DNA of 64,000 nt from assembly GCA_977020255.1 (NCBI GenBank), contig CDROCS010004773.1, positions 1-64,000 on the forward strand. The letters are read 5' to 3'. Each line of letters begins with the position of its first letter. Positions within the stretch are counted from its first letter, which is position 1. The notes beneath the pieces were generated by a model. That model had not been told where the DNA came from. It ran no database searches and worked only from the letters and a program-made list of their open reading frames with translations. Origin of the DNA: Obrimoposthia wandeli (Eukaryota). This document shows, in pieces, positions 46,697-60,341 of the stretch. The position numbers were made by a program, and so were the translations under genes.

Positions 46697-49600
46697 ATAT
46701 CATATTTATAAAAGATACATCAGATTCTTATAAAACAATTAATAAATAAAAACTTATTAAATTAATCCTATCATGCTTATGATCCAAAGAGCCTAAGTAA
46801 TTAAGGTCAATATTATTTTTAATATGCAAATAAATATCTGAAGGAATAATGAAGAGTTCATAAACACACATAGTAAGATAGTTTGCAACAATTTGTAGAT
46901 CAAACTAATATACGTTACAAGTACTAATTTCACAAAAATTTATAATAATGTTACATGAGTCATCTGTCAAATATGCTGCGAAAGTTCAAATAGACCAGAG
47001 TTAAGAAAATATACATTTTGTGTTGTGTGCAGAAAAATAACAGTTTCTATTTACACTTAACAACCGACAAGTCGAGCAGTCAAGTGAATATTATTATTAA
47101 CAATACTTAAAAATAATACTTACGATACTTAGTAAACTTCAATTGTTAAACTAATGAGAATGTATTTCTACTTAACTGTAAGCCATAGAAAAAAAATTAA
47201 AATCATCCTCAAAACACATGACGTTTCTGATACATACAATTGATTTTGAGTCCATTTCGACCTTCATAATTGTGATCAGTAAAAAACTAACATTCATTTA
47301 GATTAGTTATTTTAATTCACAAAATATTAAATAATAAAAAGCCGAAGTATTAATTGCATAAACGATAAACTTTTTTTAAATGAACATTTCACTTAAACAG
47401 TATAAATACATTAAAGTTCTGTTTTACATTTGTACATATTGTATCATATATGCTGACTCGGACCTTAATATAAAACAATTGAAAATATCATTATACAGTT
47501 TTTCTCATTACAGTTTCTTAATTATTTTCGACTTAAACAATACTGACCACAAAAACCTACATCACATACCAAATACCAATGGATATGTATAGCCTGGTCA
47601 CACAAAACTGCACACACACATTCATGCATAATCATCAAAACAATGGCTTAATTAATCAATTCAAACCTTGAAGTACAATATTCACTTTTATGATGAGCTC
47701 TTATTAGCTGATTCAAATTCAAATCAATTTAATTATCACATATAATAATGTTAAATTGGTTGGGGAAATTCAAATATGCCAGTTTGAAAAATATAAATTT
47801 ACTTTAAAATAGTATAGTTGTAATTTTTACTTTGGTACTTTAATCATTGTGAATTTAAAAAAAGTTCTTTATAACACCATAAATTAACTTACCGGTACAA
47901 TTTTATGAGTGGGGACTGTCTGAGGCTCAGATGGGGGTTCGGTTTCTGATGTTGTTAAAACGGATGTGCGTGTAACCTGGATGAAATATTCATTAATCTC
48001 AATAGCCGGCAATTAAACTCAATACACTAAACCCTGAAAAGGTGGTCAGTAAGATTACACGAACTTTAGTGTATCAGTGTGAGTTGGTGTGTTAATTCAA
48101 TTTTGTAAAAATAGTGGATTTATGTTTTTGCAAGATATACTGTATTATTTGCAAATTTAATGTTAGGCTATTGATATCAGATTCATTTGCCGATATCTTT
48201 ATGACACTAATGTTGCGTAATAATTATAAAAATAATAATAAAAGCAGTTTTATGTTAAGGTAAATTTTTTTTAACAATGTCATCCAACATTGTCAGTTCT
48301 GCTTACCAAAGATGGCCCACTAGACATCAGTATTAAAATTATAGCAAAATGGTATTGAATTTGTTTAAAAGGTTAAAATATGATTTTTGGTAGAAAAAAA
48401 AAGAAACCTATTTATTTAAATGCAAATTATTACAAGCTCTTGTCAAATATTTTTCTTCACGAAATCATATTTTCAAACAACATACATTGACAGAGATCAA
48501 GATATGCAGCTAGTTATGAGTCAATTTTTTTACAAGGAAACGTACTTTAGGTGTCATAAAAATTAGGAGTTCGCAATTTGTAAAAAAAATATGAAATGAA
48601 TTCTACATATAAAAGTAATTTCATTATCTGCTAGTTTTCAGTATAAAAAAAGTTATCGAAAGAAATATTTATGTGATAAATTTATAAATGTGTTTAAATA
48701 TATTAATTTGTAGAAACACTAACGTGATTATATGAATAAATACTAAATAAAAATTAATTACCTAAAATATTAAAATAAAACCTTACCAAATTTCTATTGG
48801 ATTTTAAAATTCGCAACACTATTTCAACTAGTGCGCTTAAATTTTTGGATTTAAATTATTTCAATTAAACCAAATCATAAAATGTATTTTATAAAAAATT
48901 TAATACATATAACATTTTTATTATAAATAAATAGCAGCTAAAAATACATTTTTAATATTGCAATATATTATGTTTATCATAGACTAAAATTTCAGTGAGT
49001 TCTTTTTATGACCGTGCGAAACGTTTCCTTGTTAGATATATTTTATAATATCTAAATTGATTTTTTAGGAATTTTTGTATTTTCGCTTAAAAATTTATTA
49101 ACGTTGGAGATTTGTTGATTACAATTTTGTAGGAGACAACAAGTGACATATTCAGATAATTTTAAAAAGAACTCAATAAATGTCATTAGTTTCAACAAAA
49201 TCTTTTCAAAAACGTTTTAATAAGCAGATGACATTATTTGGAACTGTTAAATTATTTTAAACTTTCATTGGATTGCTTACAAATCTGTGAATAACAAATT
49301 AGTACAGATGATACTTTTTAAGATATCAGAAATATAAAAAATTAAATACCAAATTATTTAAATATGCAGTCCAAGTTTTACTATGTTATCTAGTTTTTGT
49401 AAAAAAACTTTATTTTGAGAATATTTGTACTTAAGCGTTTTTAAAACCAAGCAAATTTTCTTCTTCAATCATTCAAATTAAATTTTGCATGCATAAAGAA
49501 AATAATTTGCTTTTTTTACTTATGCAATTTTTTTATACTCATGTGTCAGAAAACTTAATTAATTTACGGATCAATTTCAGCTATAAACATCAATAGAAAC

Positions 49601-52453
49601 CGTCCTGATTCATTTTGTCACATTTGTGGGAAATTTATAATAGAAACGAGTAAAAGAAAAGGATTCTTTTATAACACTTCATGTATGTTCCATATCTATT
49701 TTGCAGTATTTTTGGCGCCTTGAAAAAACTCTTAATCGTGCAGCTAAGGTCCTCCACTAATCACCACGGTTACATATCACAATACTAACATGTTTCTTTA
49801 AAAATGTAATTTCACATCCTACAACCTTTTCAAGCTAAAATATAATTTCACACCCAAGCACATTTTCAAACCAAAATATAACCTTTACAATTGAGTTAAG
49901 AAAATTTTATTTTACATAAGAAGTATTTTGATGCTTTTAATTTAACAGTTAGTCATCGGTCAGGGAGTTGATACTCAAAATTCAACCGACAACAATGCTG
50001 TCCTACTAGAATCTTAATTTTTTTAAAATTATTTTCGACTTTTATAATCAATACATCAACGCTTACATTATTTAGCATTTCTTAAAACTTATCATAACAC
50101 ATAATGCAATTAGCTAACCGTGACCAAACAGTTTCACAAACATCGGCTAGTCATATCAAATATTGAAAGAAAAGGTAATGCTTCAGTGTGGCTGTAGATA
50201 AGTAGGTCTCAACATCAAAGCAAGATATTTATATATGTAGATTGTTTTGAAATTGTATTGCTTTGTTATGTGATAAGATTTCCTCTTTCAAATAATTATC
50301 TTACAGTTTCAAATGATGCTGAGTTCCTCTCCTTTATTTTTGTTATTTTAATGTTATTATTGTTTTAATGATAAACTGCAGATTACATTAAACAAGAATT
50401 TTCAACTTACAATTATGTTCTGATTTTTCAAGGTTCTCAGATGTAGTTGTTTTCCGCTGATCACGAATCTGATATTTATATTCTCAGATGTCATTTAGTT
50501 TTCTTCTTTATGATATTTATTATTATCTATCCCTATCTATATAGGCTCGTAATTTAATTTAACTTTACTTTTGAATTCATAGGAAATATGCATCTTCACC
50601 ATCACGATTTAAAGTTTGTACAACGTTTTTTAATAACTCCTCCAAGAAAAGAGGAATATTTTCCCATTGAACAGTTTGTACACTTTCCGATTTTCTTGCT
50701 GTGTATTTTTAAAAAAAATAACTGTAGTGGAGACAAGAAGAAGAGGAGGTACAACATTTTAGAAACTATTTTAAACGTCAAACATTGTAAATAAACAAGT
50801 GTGATTATGTTAATACGTAGCCACACTCTGTCCTGATATATATATATCACTTAAAGCAGTAGTACCACTTAATGCCAACAGTTCTACCAAGCGACTGTTT
50901 AGGTGTCAGCTTCTTGGTTCCTGACCGTGCAGCCTCTAGGCTCTTTTATTTTCATCTTATCGGAACTCGTCCTTCTTTTTCTCATTCCTTTTATAGCCTT
51001 CTACTCATTCTTCTCATTCATCTTCTTTTCTTTCACTTATCATGCAGTACCACAATAGCTTGTGATGAAGACAAGAAGAAGAAAGTTAATTTTAGGAACT
51101 TGAAGAACTAATAAGCATAATTATGTTAATGCGTAATCACAATAACATCAGAAATGAACTTACTTGTATATTTTGATTTGTGGAAGTTTCTGGAAGTTTC
51201 GAAGGTTTTTCAGTCAACTCGATACACCAAGCCTTGAAATTAAAACATATTCAATCTCTTTAAAACTCTTTTAGAACTCTCAATTGAACTTTTTTTAATT
51301 CTATAACTATGTCAGCCAGTAACTTGACAATTCATTGAATTAATTCATGGTAAACATTTAATTGTACTCTCTTATTAACTAAAATATTTTCATTCATATT
51401 TTTTTAAATGTTTTAATTTTAAATTTTCAAATACAATATTTAATTCAAAGGAAAGAAAATAAATACAAATTCAATTCAGAACTATGGGTTTAAAGAGAAT
51501 TGCGGAAATTGGATTCAAATAGGAACACTATCCTTAGCTAATTTCAATTTTCCTAAAACATTTATTGGTTTTAGTCTAACATTTGTATATTAAGTGAGAA
51601 TTAATATTGGAATGACAACAATATTCCAATATACAAAGATTCCACTAAACTTATTAATACATTTTATCCAGCGATATTTTTACAAAGATTTTACCGTTTT
51701 AAACTACATGAATTAATTTTAACTTTATATTTTTATTTGAGAAATTTTTAATATTTAATTGTTAAAATGCAGATTTTTCATCGTATAAAAGACGGACTAA
51801 TTTACAATGTTTTATTTACTTTTTGTTACATCAAATATAATATTCATATAAAAAAGATTTAGTTAGTTTTTATTCTCAATGACATGAAAATATTTAAGAT
51901 GGCATTTATGATGGAAGCTAAAGATGAGGACTATTTGAATATGAGGCCTACTATTATCCTGTTGAAGTATCCCATCTGAATCAGTTTCACTTTTTTCTAG
52001 TTGCACAATTTCATATTTCCGCAAAGAAAAATATTTTCAACTTCTAAGTTTTCCATCTATCATTCTGATAAAAAAAACACTACTCAGCAATAATTAATCA
52101 GCCGTGGACATTACAGACTGACTTTTCTGTAACATTTATATTAAAATCGCTGAAGTCGGTACTTTTATTTTTTACTTTTCGAAGTTTATGATTGCTTTAT
52201 CAAATATTTTTCTTTATATTTCCTTTTTGGGACCTCTGTCCATTAAAAAAAATATTATTAACTTTTGTAGCCTTTCAATATAATATTCTGAATGTTCTGC
52301 GTCAATAAAAATGTTAAAATGTTTTACTTAAATAATGACTTATAGTGAAGTTATTATAAAAATAAATAACAACACAAATATTAAATATGACGCTAAAGTT
52401 TTAATTACCAATATTCTTTTATAATAAGATTTCCTATGCTAAAGTGTTATGCC

Positions 52454-52456
<3 letters not shown>

Positions 52457-52533
<77 letters not shown>
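52457..52533. repeat. (TA)n microsatellite, ~38 units
   Basis: Directly visible. Confidence 0.99.
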
Positions 52534-52536
<3 letters not shown>

Positions 52537-53824
52537 AATTAACTATATATAAAAATATGTAAATGTCATAAAAATATACTTCTAATTCTTCTTCTACAGG
52601 AATCGAGGGAAGTTCCAGCAATTTTTGAGAATTGTCTATTAATGATCCATTCTAAAAAATGTAACTCATAATAATTTAGATTAAAAATGGTTAAAAAAGA
52701 TGTTGTCAAAAAGATCTGAATTTTCAAATATTTTACTTAAATTTTACTATGTAAAAATTGTATTTTTAATTTCAATATAAATATAACTGCTTTAGGAAAA
52801 ATGCACTGAATCTATTTAAAGCCAAATTTACTTAATTGATTACAATACTTTTACAAAACTTATTTTAATTGTATTAGAATTGTATTATTATCACTAGATT
52901 TTAGCATATGTTAGCCATTTGTTAATTTTCAACCATTTGATAAAATAAGAACACAAATTTATAATTATTTTATAATTATTGTTCCTTTAAAAAAATTATT
53001 TTAAAATGTGACGTGTAGTAATTGTTGTACGAATAAAATTCCGTTATTAAATTTATTAAGGCTTGATTAATTTTTTCTCTAAATAATATTATAAATATTC
53101 TAAAAATATATTTTAAAATATGAATTCTAAGAGAAATAGTTCATCTGCATGTGAAAGTAATAAAAAAACATAAGATTATTCGTGTATAATAAAAATTAAC
53201 CGTACTTTTGAAATTAATGATTTTAAAATCAAATTTTTGATATGAAGAATCTTATTGATTAAATACTTATATGGCTGAAATCAAAACTATTGAATAGGAA
53301 TGAAAATAAAACTAGAGCTTTATAATTTGGATATAAAAATAATATAAACCATTCATGTCAGTGAAAAAGTTTTAATTTAAAAAGTAAAAATAAATCATTT
53401 ATTTTATAAATACATATAGTAAAAGTTTTTTTGTATAATAAACCATCATCAGTACTGTAGTAAATTACCAAGAGTTGGTGAAGAGTTAAAACATTACAAA
53501 AAAATTAATTATTTGAATAAGAGGCTCTAATTGGACAATAAAAGAGGGTTAGTAAGATGTTTGTGTATATAAAGACACCTCCGTTCATTATTTTTCATAA
53601 ATCAACAATGCCATTCTACAAAAACGTTGACCTAGACGAAGATACGGAGGTTCAACTGTATAGGTATATCTCTCCAGTATAGCAGCGAACACCACCACCC
53701 TCGCAATATATTGACTTACTTAGTCAGAACTCATCAGTGGTGAGCGAAGGAGAAGCAGCAACAAGAGTTGACCTGTTGAAAGAAGAAGCCCCATTGGCCA
53801 GGCTCAACTCCAAAAGAAGAACCA

Positions 53825-54325
53825 ATGGACGTGAGAGGTGCGGTACAGAGATCCCAATACATTGACCTGACAAGTCAGGATTCGATTGAGAATTGGGAAG
53901 ACTGTACTCCCAGGCAAAACATAGAACCCTCTCGTCCAGCAACTTCGGCAGTAGCAGCAAGGAGATCATGGCCCTGGAAATTGATCTCGCTGTCTCAGCC
54001 GGAGAAAGTACTCGCACCAGACTCAGACGAGGAGCTGTTCACCGATGACGTACCGTCGGATTGGGAGGAGAACTTGACTCCATTCATCGACGAATGGATA
54101 CAGCCAAGTATCGGAGCCCCAGGAGCCAACAATTCGATGGTGGTAGAATTGGACGAGGACGAGTGGTACCTGTTCACCGACGATTGGGATGGTCTCACTC
54201 CCTCTGCTACTCCAACTCCGAAAGCGGATAATACAACGCCTAAACCATTCAAAAGGCCGAAATCTCCGATACGTGCTGTTAGGAGAATAAAAGCGACGAA
54301 TGAGGTTAGACATCATTTATTTTAA
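53825..54325 (+). CDS. Acidic low-complexity protein with SIM-like motif (Polinton accessory)
   Basis: SQYIDLTSQDS and two LFTDD motifs. TATA at ~53565 and ATG at 53607 in another frame. Confidence 0.5.
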   Translation: MDVRGAVQRSQYIDLTSQDSIENWEDCTPRQNIEPSRPATSAVAARRSWPWKLISLSQPEKVLAPDSDEELFTDDVPSDWEENLTPFIDEWIQPSIGAPGANNSMVVELDEDEWYLFTDDWDGLTPSATPTPKADNTTPKPFKRPKSPIRAVRRIKATNEVRHHLF

Positions 54326-55840
54326 ATGTTTTTTAAATTCATTTTCAGAAACTTCAACTGGATTTGGCACCGTCAGTGACCATGGCGGAGAGGCTCATAG
54401 AACCGCAGTACTTGGCGAGTCAATGCAGCCAGGAGCTGCCAAGGAGTCAGCTCCGATACCTAGCGTCTCCAGATAATTTTAAGGTAAATTATTTAGATAT
54501 TAAATTTAATAATTCACATAGATGGAGAACATTCTCGAAGAGGCGACGCCTATTTAACCAGTGGATAGGAAGCAAGCGGCGGTTAAGAAACGGCAACGCC
54601 ATCGGGTCAAAACCCACAAGGTCCATCGGAAGAAAGCCAAGTTGGTAAAACAGACTAACCTGCCCGTCATTGAGGTAAATTATTTGTATGTTTAAATTTT
54701 ATTAATATTTTGCAGGAACCCGTCCAGATATTTGAGAAGACATGAGGAGAAATTAATCCTTTCCCCAAGAAACGGACGAAGCGAGCAGAGGTGAAGAAGA
54801 CGAAGCGCTCGAGAAAATGTTCCACCTCAATTTGACATTCTTCTGAGGCGGTGATTGGACGTCAGGAGGTTTTCCCATCTCCGGTGGACGACGGGCCAAT
54901 TCTATACGAGAGGATCCAGTCTCACCGATTGAGATTAGTCCGCCATCGAGTCAACGACGCCTACAGGAGACATTGAGTATAAACCAAAATTTGGCAAGGG
55001 GTTGGGAGACTGTATCTTCTCGTCCAACAACCAGCCAGAACTTGAAGAGGGCCTGGGATGAAGCAGGATTGGACGAATTCCTGGCGGAACTGGATACACC
55101 GGCAATGCTTCCAGATTCATGAGGGCAACAAGATGCCGTCTCACGCCAGCTTCAGCGTGAGAAGGAGGAGAAACAGAAGAAAGCCCCACGGAAGAGGAAG
55201 AGGGCTTCTATGTCGAAGCCATCAACATCGGCTGCATCATTCTAAAAAGTAGCGGCAACTATTGCCAAAACCTGAGGGAAGGGTACTTGCTGCAAAACAA
55301 CCGGTTAAGCCGAATAAGAAACCGGGCCGGCCAAAGAAGAAGGAGCCAGTACCGCTTTCTCTAATAATACTCAGTCGGATGGATTTCGATGAAAATGATC
55401 CCAATGATGACTTTGTAAAGATTTTAAAAAATATAATTTATAAAAATGAATTTCATGTGTTTTCTTCTTAATATTTTTTTTTAAATTTTAATTTAGAAAT
55501 ATTAAAATACAATCTTTAAGTTTATTAGGTTTAAATATAAATGCAATGATAAGTTATAGATTTATTTAACTCTCATTTGATAAATATATCATTTAATTGG
55601 ATTAAAAAATATCTTAAATTTATATATAAAGGTTCAAATTTATTAATCTCTTCATAATTAAAAAATGGAATTCATTAAAATGAAGAGTCTGGTAACGCAG
55701 ATTGAAGAAAACATTCGGAGAAATAAGAAGAAAGGAGACTTAAGAAAGAGACTTAATCAGAATCTGTACGCTGCTGTACGGAATCGTCGGGTGGAGATTT
55801 TCGTTATAAACAATGAGATTTGCTACAAATTTGGCTAATT

Positions 55841-56295
55841 ATGCAGGAATATATCATAGATTTTGAGGCTTTTATTAACAAAAATGGGGATTATGTTATA
55901 AAAGAATTATGTATTATGGATGTATGCAACGTTTTTTATCCATTGCATTTCATATTTCAAATATCTATCCCGTTTAGGAGTTGAGATTATAAGAAAAAAT
56001 TTACTAATTTATATCTACTAATTACTTTCATTTATTAAAATGGAAAGAAGGACATAAGGCTTTTTGTGAAATATGTATTTTCGATACAATAAAATCTAAT
56101 TTTGATATAGAAAATGGAATTTTTTATGTTTTAGATGAAATGGATAGCAAAAAGTATAAGACTTTAAAAAAATATTTTCCCAAATTAAGGTTGAATACTT
56201 TAAATATTTTACGTGATCATATATTAAAAATTCCACGAAATATTTGCTGTCCATATCGTAATCATGGTGACCATTGCGCATATAAAAATGTTTAA
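55841..56295 (+). pseudogene. Small Polinton-type DEDD/exonuclease-like ORF, disrupted
   Basis: MQEYIIDFEAF...YVIKELCI..HFIF, then after a shift FHLLKWKEG...CPYRNHGDHCAYKNV*. Confidence 0.55.
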
Positions 56296-56536
56296 GTTTA
56301 TCTTATTATTACTTGACATGTAGATAAACAATTCTTCTAATTCATAATTTTCATCCAATTACAAATAATTCTTTTGATTGGAGGAATAAAAAATATTTTT
56401 TTCGACCATTTAACAGATAAACAATCCTTCTCAATAAAATTCAATTTTTTAATCCAATAGGAAAAGAGCATGTGTGCATAAATTTTAGTATATAAGCAAA
56501 CACTTTCTTTATTAAAATCCCCGACTATTTGAAATA

Positions 56537-57135
56537 ATGACTATGGTAAGAATCTATATTTATTATTTCTTTATTAATATTTATTATTTCAGATTACGTG
56601 TATCCTGTTTTCAGCATATTGTGGTGCTTCGACTCCACATGGAGGAGAGTCCTGCATGGAGATAATGTCCGCCTACTATCGGACAAAGTCTTGCGGGTTT
56701 CAATTATTCGTCTGCCCCTTCTGCAGAACAATGGATGAGAAGGAGTTTCGAGACTTCTTCGGTGAACATCGAGCTCACCTATCCTGTTTCATGGACAACA
56801 ACAAGAAGAGGGATATCGTGCATTTGGTGCTCGATTCACAAGTCGCCCCAGCTCCTGCTCCAATTCCAGTTGCAGTCGATCAACCCTTTTACGATTCTGC
56901 GATTGGTCTCCCGTCTCTTGATTCTGCCCCATCCCCTCAAATGAATAACAATGAGTGGATGAACGACATCTCCCAAGAAGATTTTGAGATGGAGCAGTGG
57001 AGCGACAACGGCTGGTTGGAGACCACCGAGGAATCCGATTTCGTCGAGTTCACGGATGACAGCTGGATGGATTCCGTCAATGAAAAGGATTTCCAACCAG
57101 CTACAGTTGGATTGACTTCATTAGGTCATTTTTAA
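56537..57135 (+). CDS. Spliced degenerate RING-like protein with acidic tail
   Basis: TATA ~56490. ATG ACT ATG|GTAAG, a 47-nt intron (56546-56592), then an in-frame exon ITCILFSAYCG..H..SCMEI...CPFCR joining ORF 56656-57135. Confidence 0.55.
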
Positions 57136-57360
57136 TTATTATTTTTTAAAATTGTAATTATATATATTTTATTTTTATTTTTTATTCAGGAAATACCGTG
57201 GTACAGCCATTTTCCGCTACAACAGCTATGCCTCCACCATCGCGAGTGTCTACATTGATGTTTGCACGCCTTAGAGGTAATAATTGTTAAAAATATATTT
57301 ACTTTTAATATATTTATTTCAGCAGCATAATCCTCTACAACAGCCGCTCCTTCATCGGCA

Positions 57361-58191
57361 ATGCCAACGAATACCTCAGCTACTCCAACTTCAAATGCAG
57401 CATCTATAACTGCCATTGTATCATCATCTGCGGCAACACCACCAACAGCAGCCCCTTCCACATCAGCTGCGATTGCCTCAACATCGGCAGCATCACCAAT
57501 AGCAGCACCTTCAACCTCAGCTGCGATTGTCTCAACTATTAATATAAATAGTTGTCTTCCCGTTCAATTAGGGGGAGGTTTGTCAGCAACAAACGGAAGA
57601 AAGAGGCGAGGCCAATTTCTTAATAAGGTCTCACCAAAAAAACGTAGAGAAAACGGTGCTACTATAGAGTATCACCTAAATAATAAATATGTTATAGTTA
57701 AGGTGCTATTAGGAAATGAAATTTTATTAAACGTAGGTGTAGATTCAAATATTGAAAATCTTTTAAAATCAGAAGTAACTAAATTAGGACAGGCTAAGGT
57801 TCAATTTTGCGCAACAGTGCAGTTTAAAAATGTCAATGAGAAAACTAAAACTTGGGTAATTTCACATAAAGCAACTGTTTTCTATGATAATTTTGTAACT
57901 GAAATTGGAAGGAACCTAGATGAAAAAATTGCTAATTATAGCGAGTTAAGTAGTGGATGGACTCTAGTTAGAATTCACGATGTTAGCTTTGTTCTAACAA
58001 AGTTAACTGACATGATATATCTTTCGGGGAGTTCATACATTCCTTCACCTAGATCTCTTCAACTTTCACGTTCCATTGTTAACATACAAAAAAGTGATAA
58101 CTTTTGCTTTCTGTATAGCGTGTTGGCCATCCTCAAAAGAGATGTAATTACTGAGCATAGAGAGCGTGTTTTGGAATACGGAAAACGCTAG
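57361..58191 (+). pseudogene. Polinton PolB-associated N-terminal region, truncated
   Basis: SSGWTLVRI..GSSYIPSP...IVNIQKSDNFCFLYSVLAIL. The polymerase body is absent. Confidence 0.7.
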
Positions 58192-58199
58192 GTTTATTT

Positions 58200-59099
58200 G
58201 ATATTACTTGTAGTTCTTGCTTGGAAAATTTACTGTGAACGATATTATTGTCAGCATCTTTAATAGTATACATTATTGGATTACTCTTTTGATGAATTTT
58301 ACTTTTACAAAATATTTCATCGCTCCAATTCTGACCAAAGTTCTAAATAAATGGAGTAGAGCTAATTTTCAAAATTCGAACATATTCGTTTTTCTTATAT
58401 TTAGCTTTTTTAATTTTTTAATTTTTTATTCCTGTCCATCCTAATATCCAAAGAGTTTTTATTAGTAACATCAACAGGTCTCATTTCCTTGAGACCTCTA
58501 TGTTCAGAGTGATTATAAGCATGTATTATTTTAGGTAAAACTTGGATCCATTTTTTATTTAATTCTTTTGTGAAATACTTTTTTATTCGATCTCTTAAAG
58601 TATGATTAAATCTTTATACTACTGCTGCTATGTACTGTGAAAACACTGAGTAGTGATTTATATTATTTTGTTTAAATAATGATTGAACTTGCTTATTATA
58701 AAATTCTTTTCCTAAATCAGTTTGCACATTTTGTGGAATGTCCTCTTTTAATATTTCTTTAATGGCTTCAAGCATAGCTATTGAAGACTTTGCTTTAACT
58801 GGAATTGCACGAGCAAACCTGCTAAATACATCAAAACATGTTAAAATATATCGATATCCCTTATTAATGGAAGAATATGTGATCATCTCCATCAAATCCA
58901 TTTGCCATAAATTATTAGGACCGCTGATTTTGTAAGCTCTAGTTGGAAACCTTCTTCTCATCGGCTTGTTCAGACTGTAGGCTAACTGGTCGCTCAGCCA
59001 TTTCTGCGTTTTCTTGTAATTTTGTTTTGTTCTTTTTGCTAATTTTGAAACTCCTGTGTAACCAATTGGATCATTTGGACTGATCCATATCTTCTCCAT
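58200..59099 (-). pseudogene. Polinton retroviral-like integrase, disrupted
   Basis: MEKIWISPNDPIGYTG, PNNLWQMDL, DVFSRFARAIP, QTDLGKEF; downstream fragments AYNHSEH..MRPVDV, EYVRI, NWSDEIF, ELQVI. Confidence 0.9.
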
Positions 59100-59185
59100 T
59101 ACAACAATTTGAATAGAAAGAAAATTTAAATTTAGGTAAAGAAGGCTTAGCACCCATATCTTTAGCTGATTTTTGAAATAATTGT

Positions 59186-59515
59186 TTATGAACGTGTCGC
59201 AGCTATAATACTACTGATAATTGAAGCAACAACTGGAATAACAGCCCATATGAAACCACCATTCTGTTTAAGAATAATATTTCGTTTCCTTTTTTTACTT
59301 TTTACATTAGCAATATCTAGAAGAGTTTTTCTATATTTCTTTAATATATTTTTCCGATTTCCAACTTTTACTCGACCCAAAACTATATTATACAAAACTT
59401 CCAATAAATCATCTACAACAAAGGATGGAAATGCTTTAAGAATAATCATTCTCTTATGAGAAGAGGCTTTGACTAAAGCTTTAAAATAGGGTATGCTTCT
59501 TTGTATTTTCTTCAT
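59186..59515 (-). CDS. Small basic virion-core-like protein (pVII/pX-like)
   Basis: Basic, ending KQNGG|FIWAVIPVVASIIS, an adenain-type cleavage motif plus hydrophobic tail. Confidence 0.7.
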   Translation of the reverse strand: MKKIQRSIPYFKALVKASSHKRMIILKAFPSFVVDDLLEVLYNIVLGRVKVGNRKNILKKYRKTLLDIANVKSKKRKRNIILKQNGGFIWAVIPVVASIISSIIAATRS

Positions 59516-59693
59516 TTTAAAATAAGTTCAATTTGAATATTGTTTATATTCGAAGCCATTTAAGTTTTTATTATTTCTAACTACAAATTTGATTAATTTT
59601 TTTCACTTCCTTTTTTTTAATGATTATTTTTTTTTGATTTCTTAGATTTTTACTTTACGTTTTACTATCAACTTCGTAAAAGGCATTGCAAAT

Positions 59694-60341
59694 TTATCTT
59701 TTGTAATTGTTCTCTATTTGTTTATAAACAGTTACTCCCTTAGAATTAAATATGTCTGTTAAAACACGTAAATCATCTGGGCAAGCTTGTGTAAAGTCAA
59801 TAAATATATACCCATGTGCTTTTTTAGTAGCATCGTGGAATGAATCAACTAGAAAGTTCTTATTTAGGGGAAATGCCTGTCTAGCCACGAAATCAACAAC
59901 TGTTTGATCTCTAGGATTTTTAAATAAAACTAAGTAATGTACATTAAGACTTCTTGTTCTATGGTGACCTCCTTGGTGAAAAAGATTTTGAGTGATAAAT
60001 ATAACTGTTACTTCACGATGTCTTGCAATCTTCGTAAATAAATTATTAAAGTCCGATTCCTTGTTAGCTTCCTTATACAAATCATCAATTATTATTACAT
60101 CTTATTTTTTCAATCTTTCACACCAATTTGCATCAAATCCTTTAATAAATTGTATTCCCTTCAACTTGCAAACTTCTGTTTTGGTTAATCCGCTTTCCCC
60201 TCTTCCACCATGGTGCCAATAAATATTTCTGAAACTAGATTTGAAAAGAGATTCATTTTGCAACAATTTACATACGAAATGTGTCTTTCCACTTCCACTG
60301 GGACCACTTATTTGAAATACAGCATTAATATTTAGCTTCAT
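59694..60341 (-). pseudogene. A32/FtsK-like packaging ATPase with one in-frame stop
   Basis: Walker A GPSGSGKT, Walker B VIIIDD and RH..VTVIFITQ. The two track ORFs are in the same frame, separated by TAA at 60102-60104. Confidence 0.9.

Noticed and set aside
52439-52621. ORF with poly-IY
   Set aside because: Translation of the (TA)n microsatellite.
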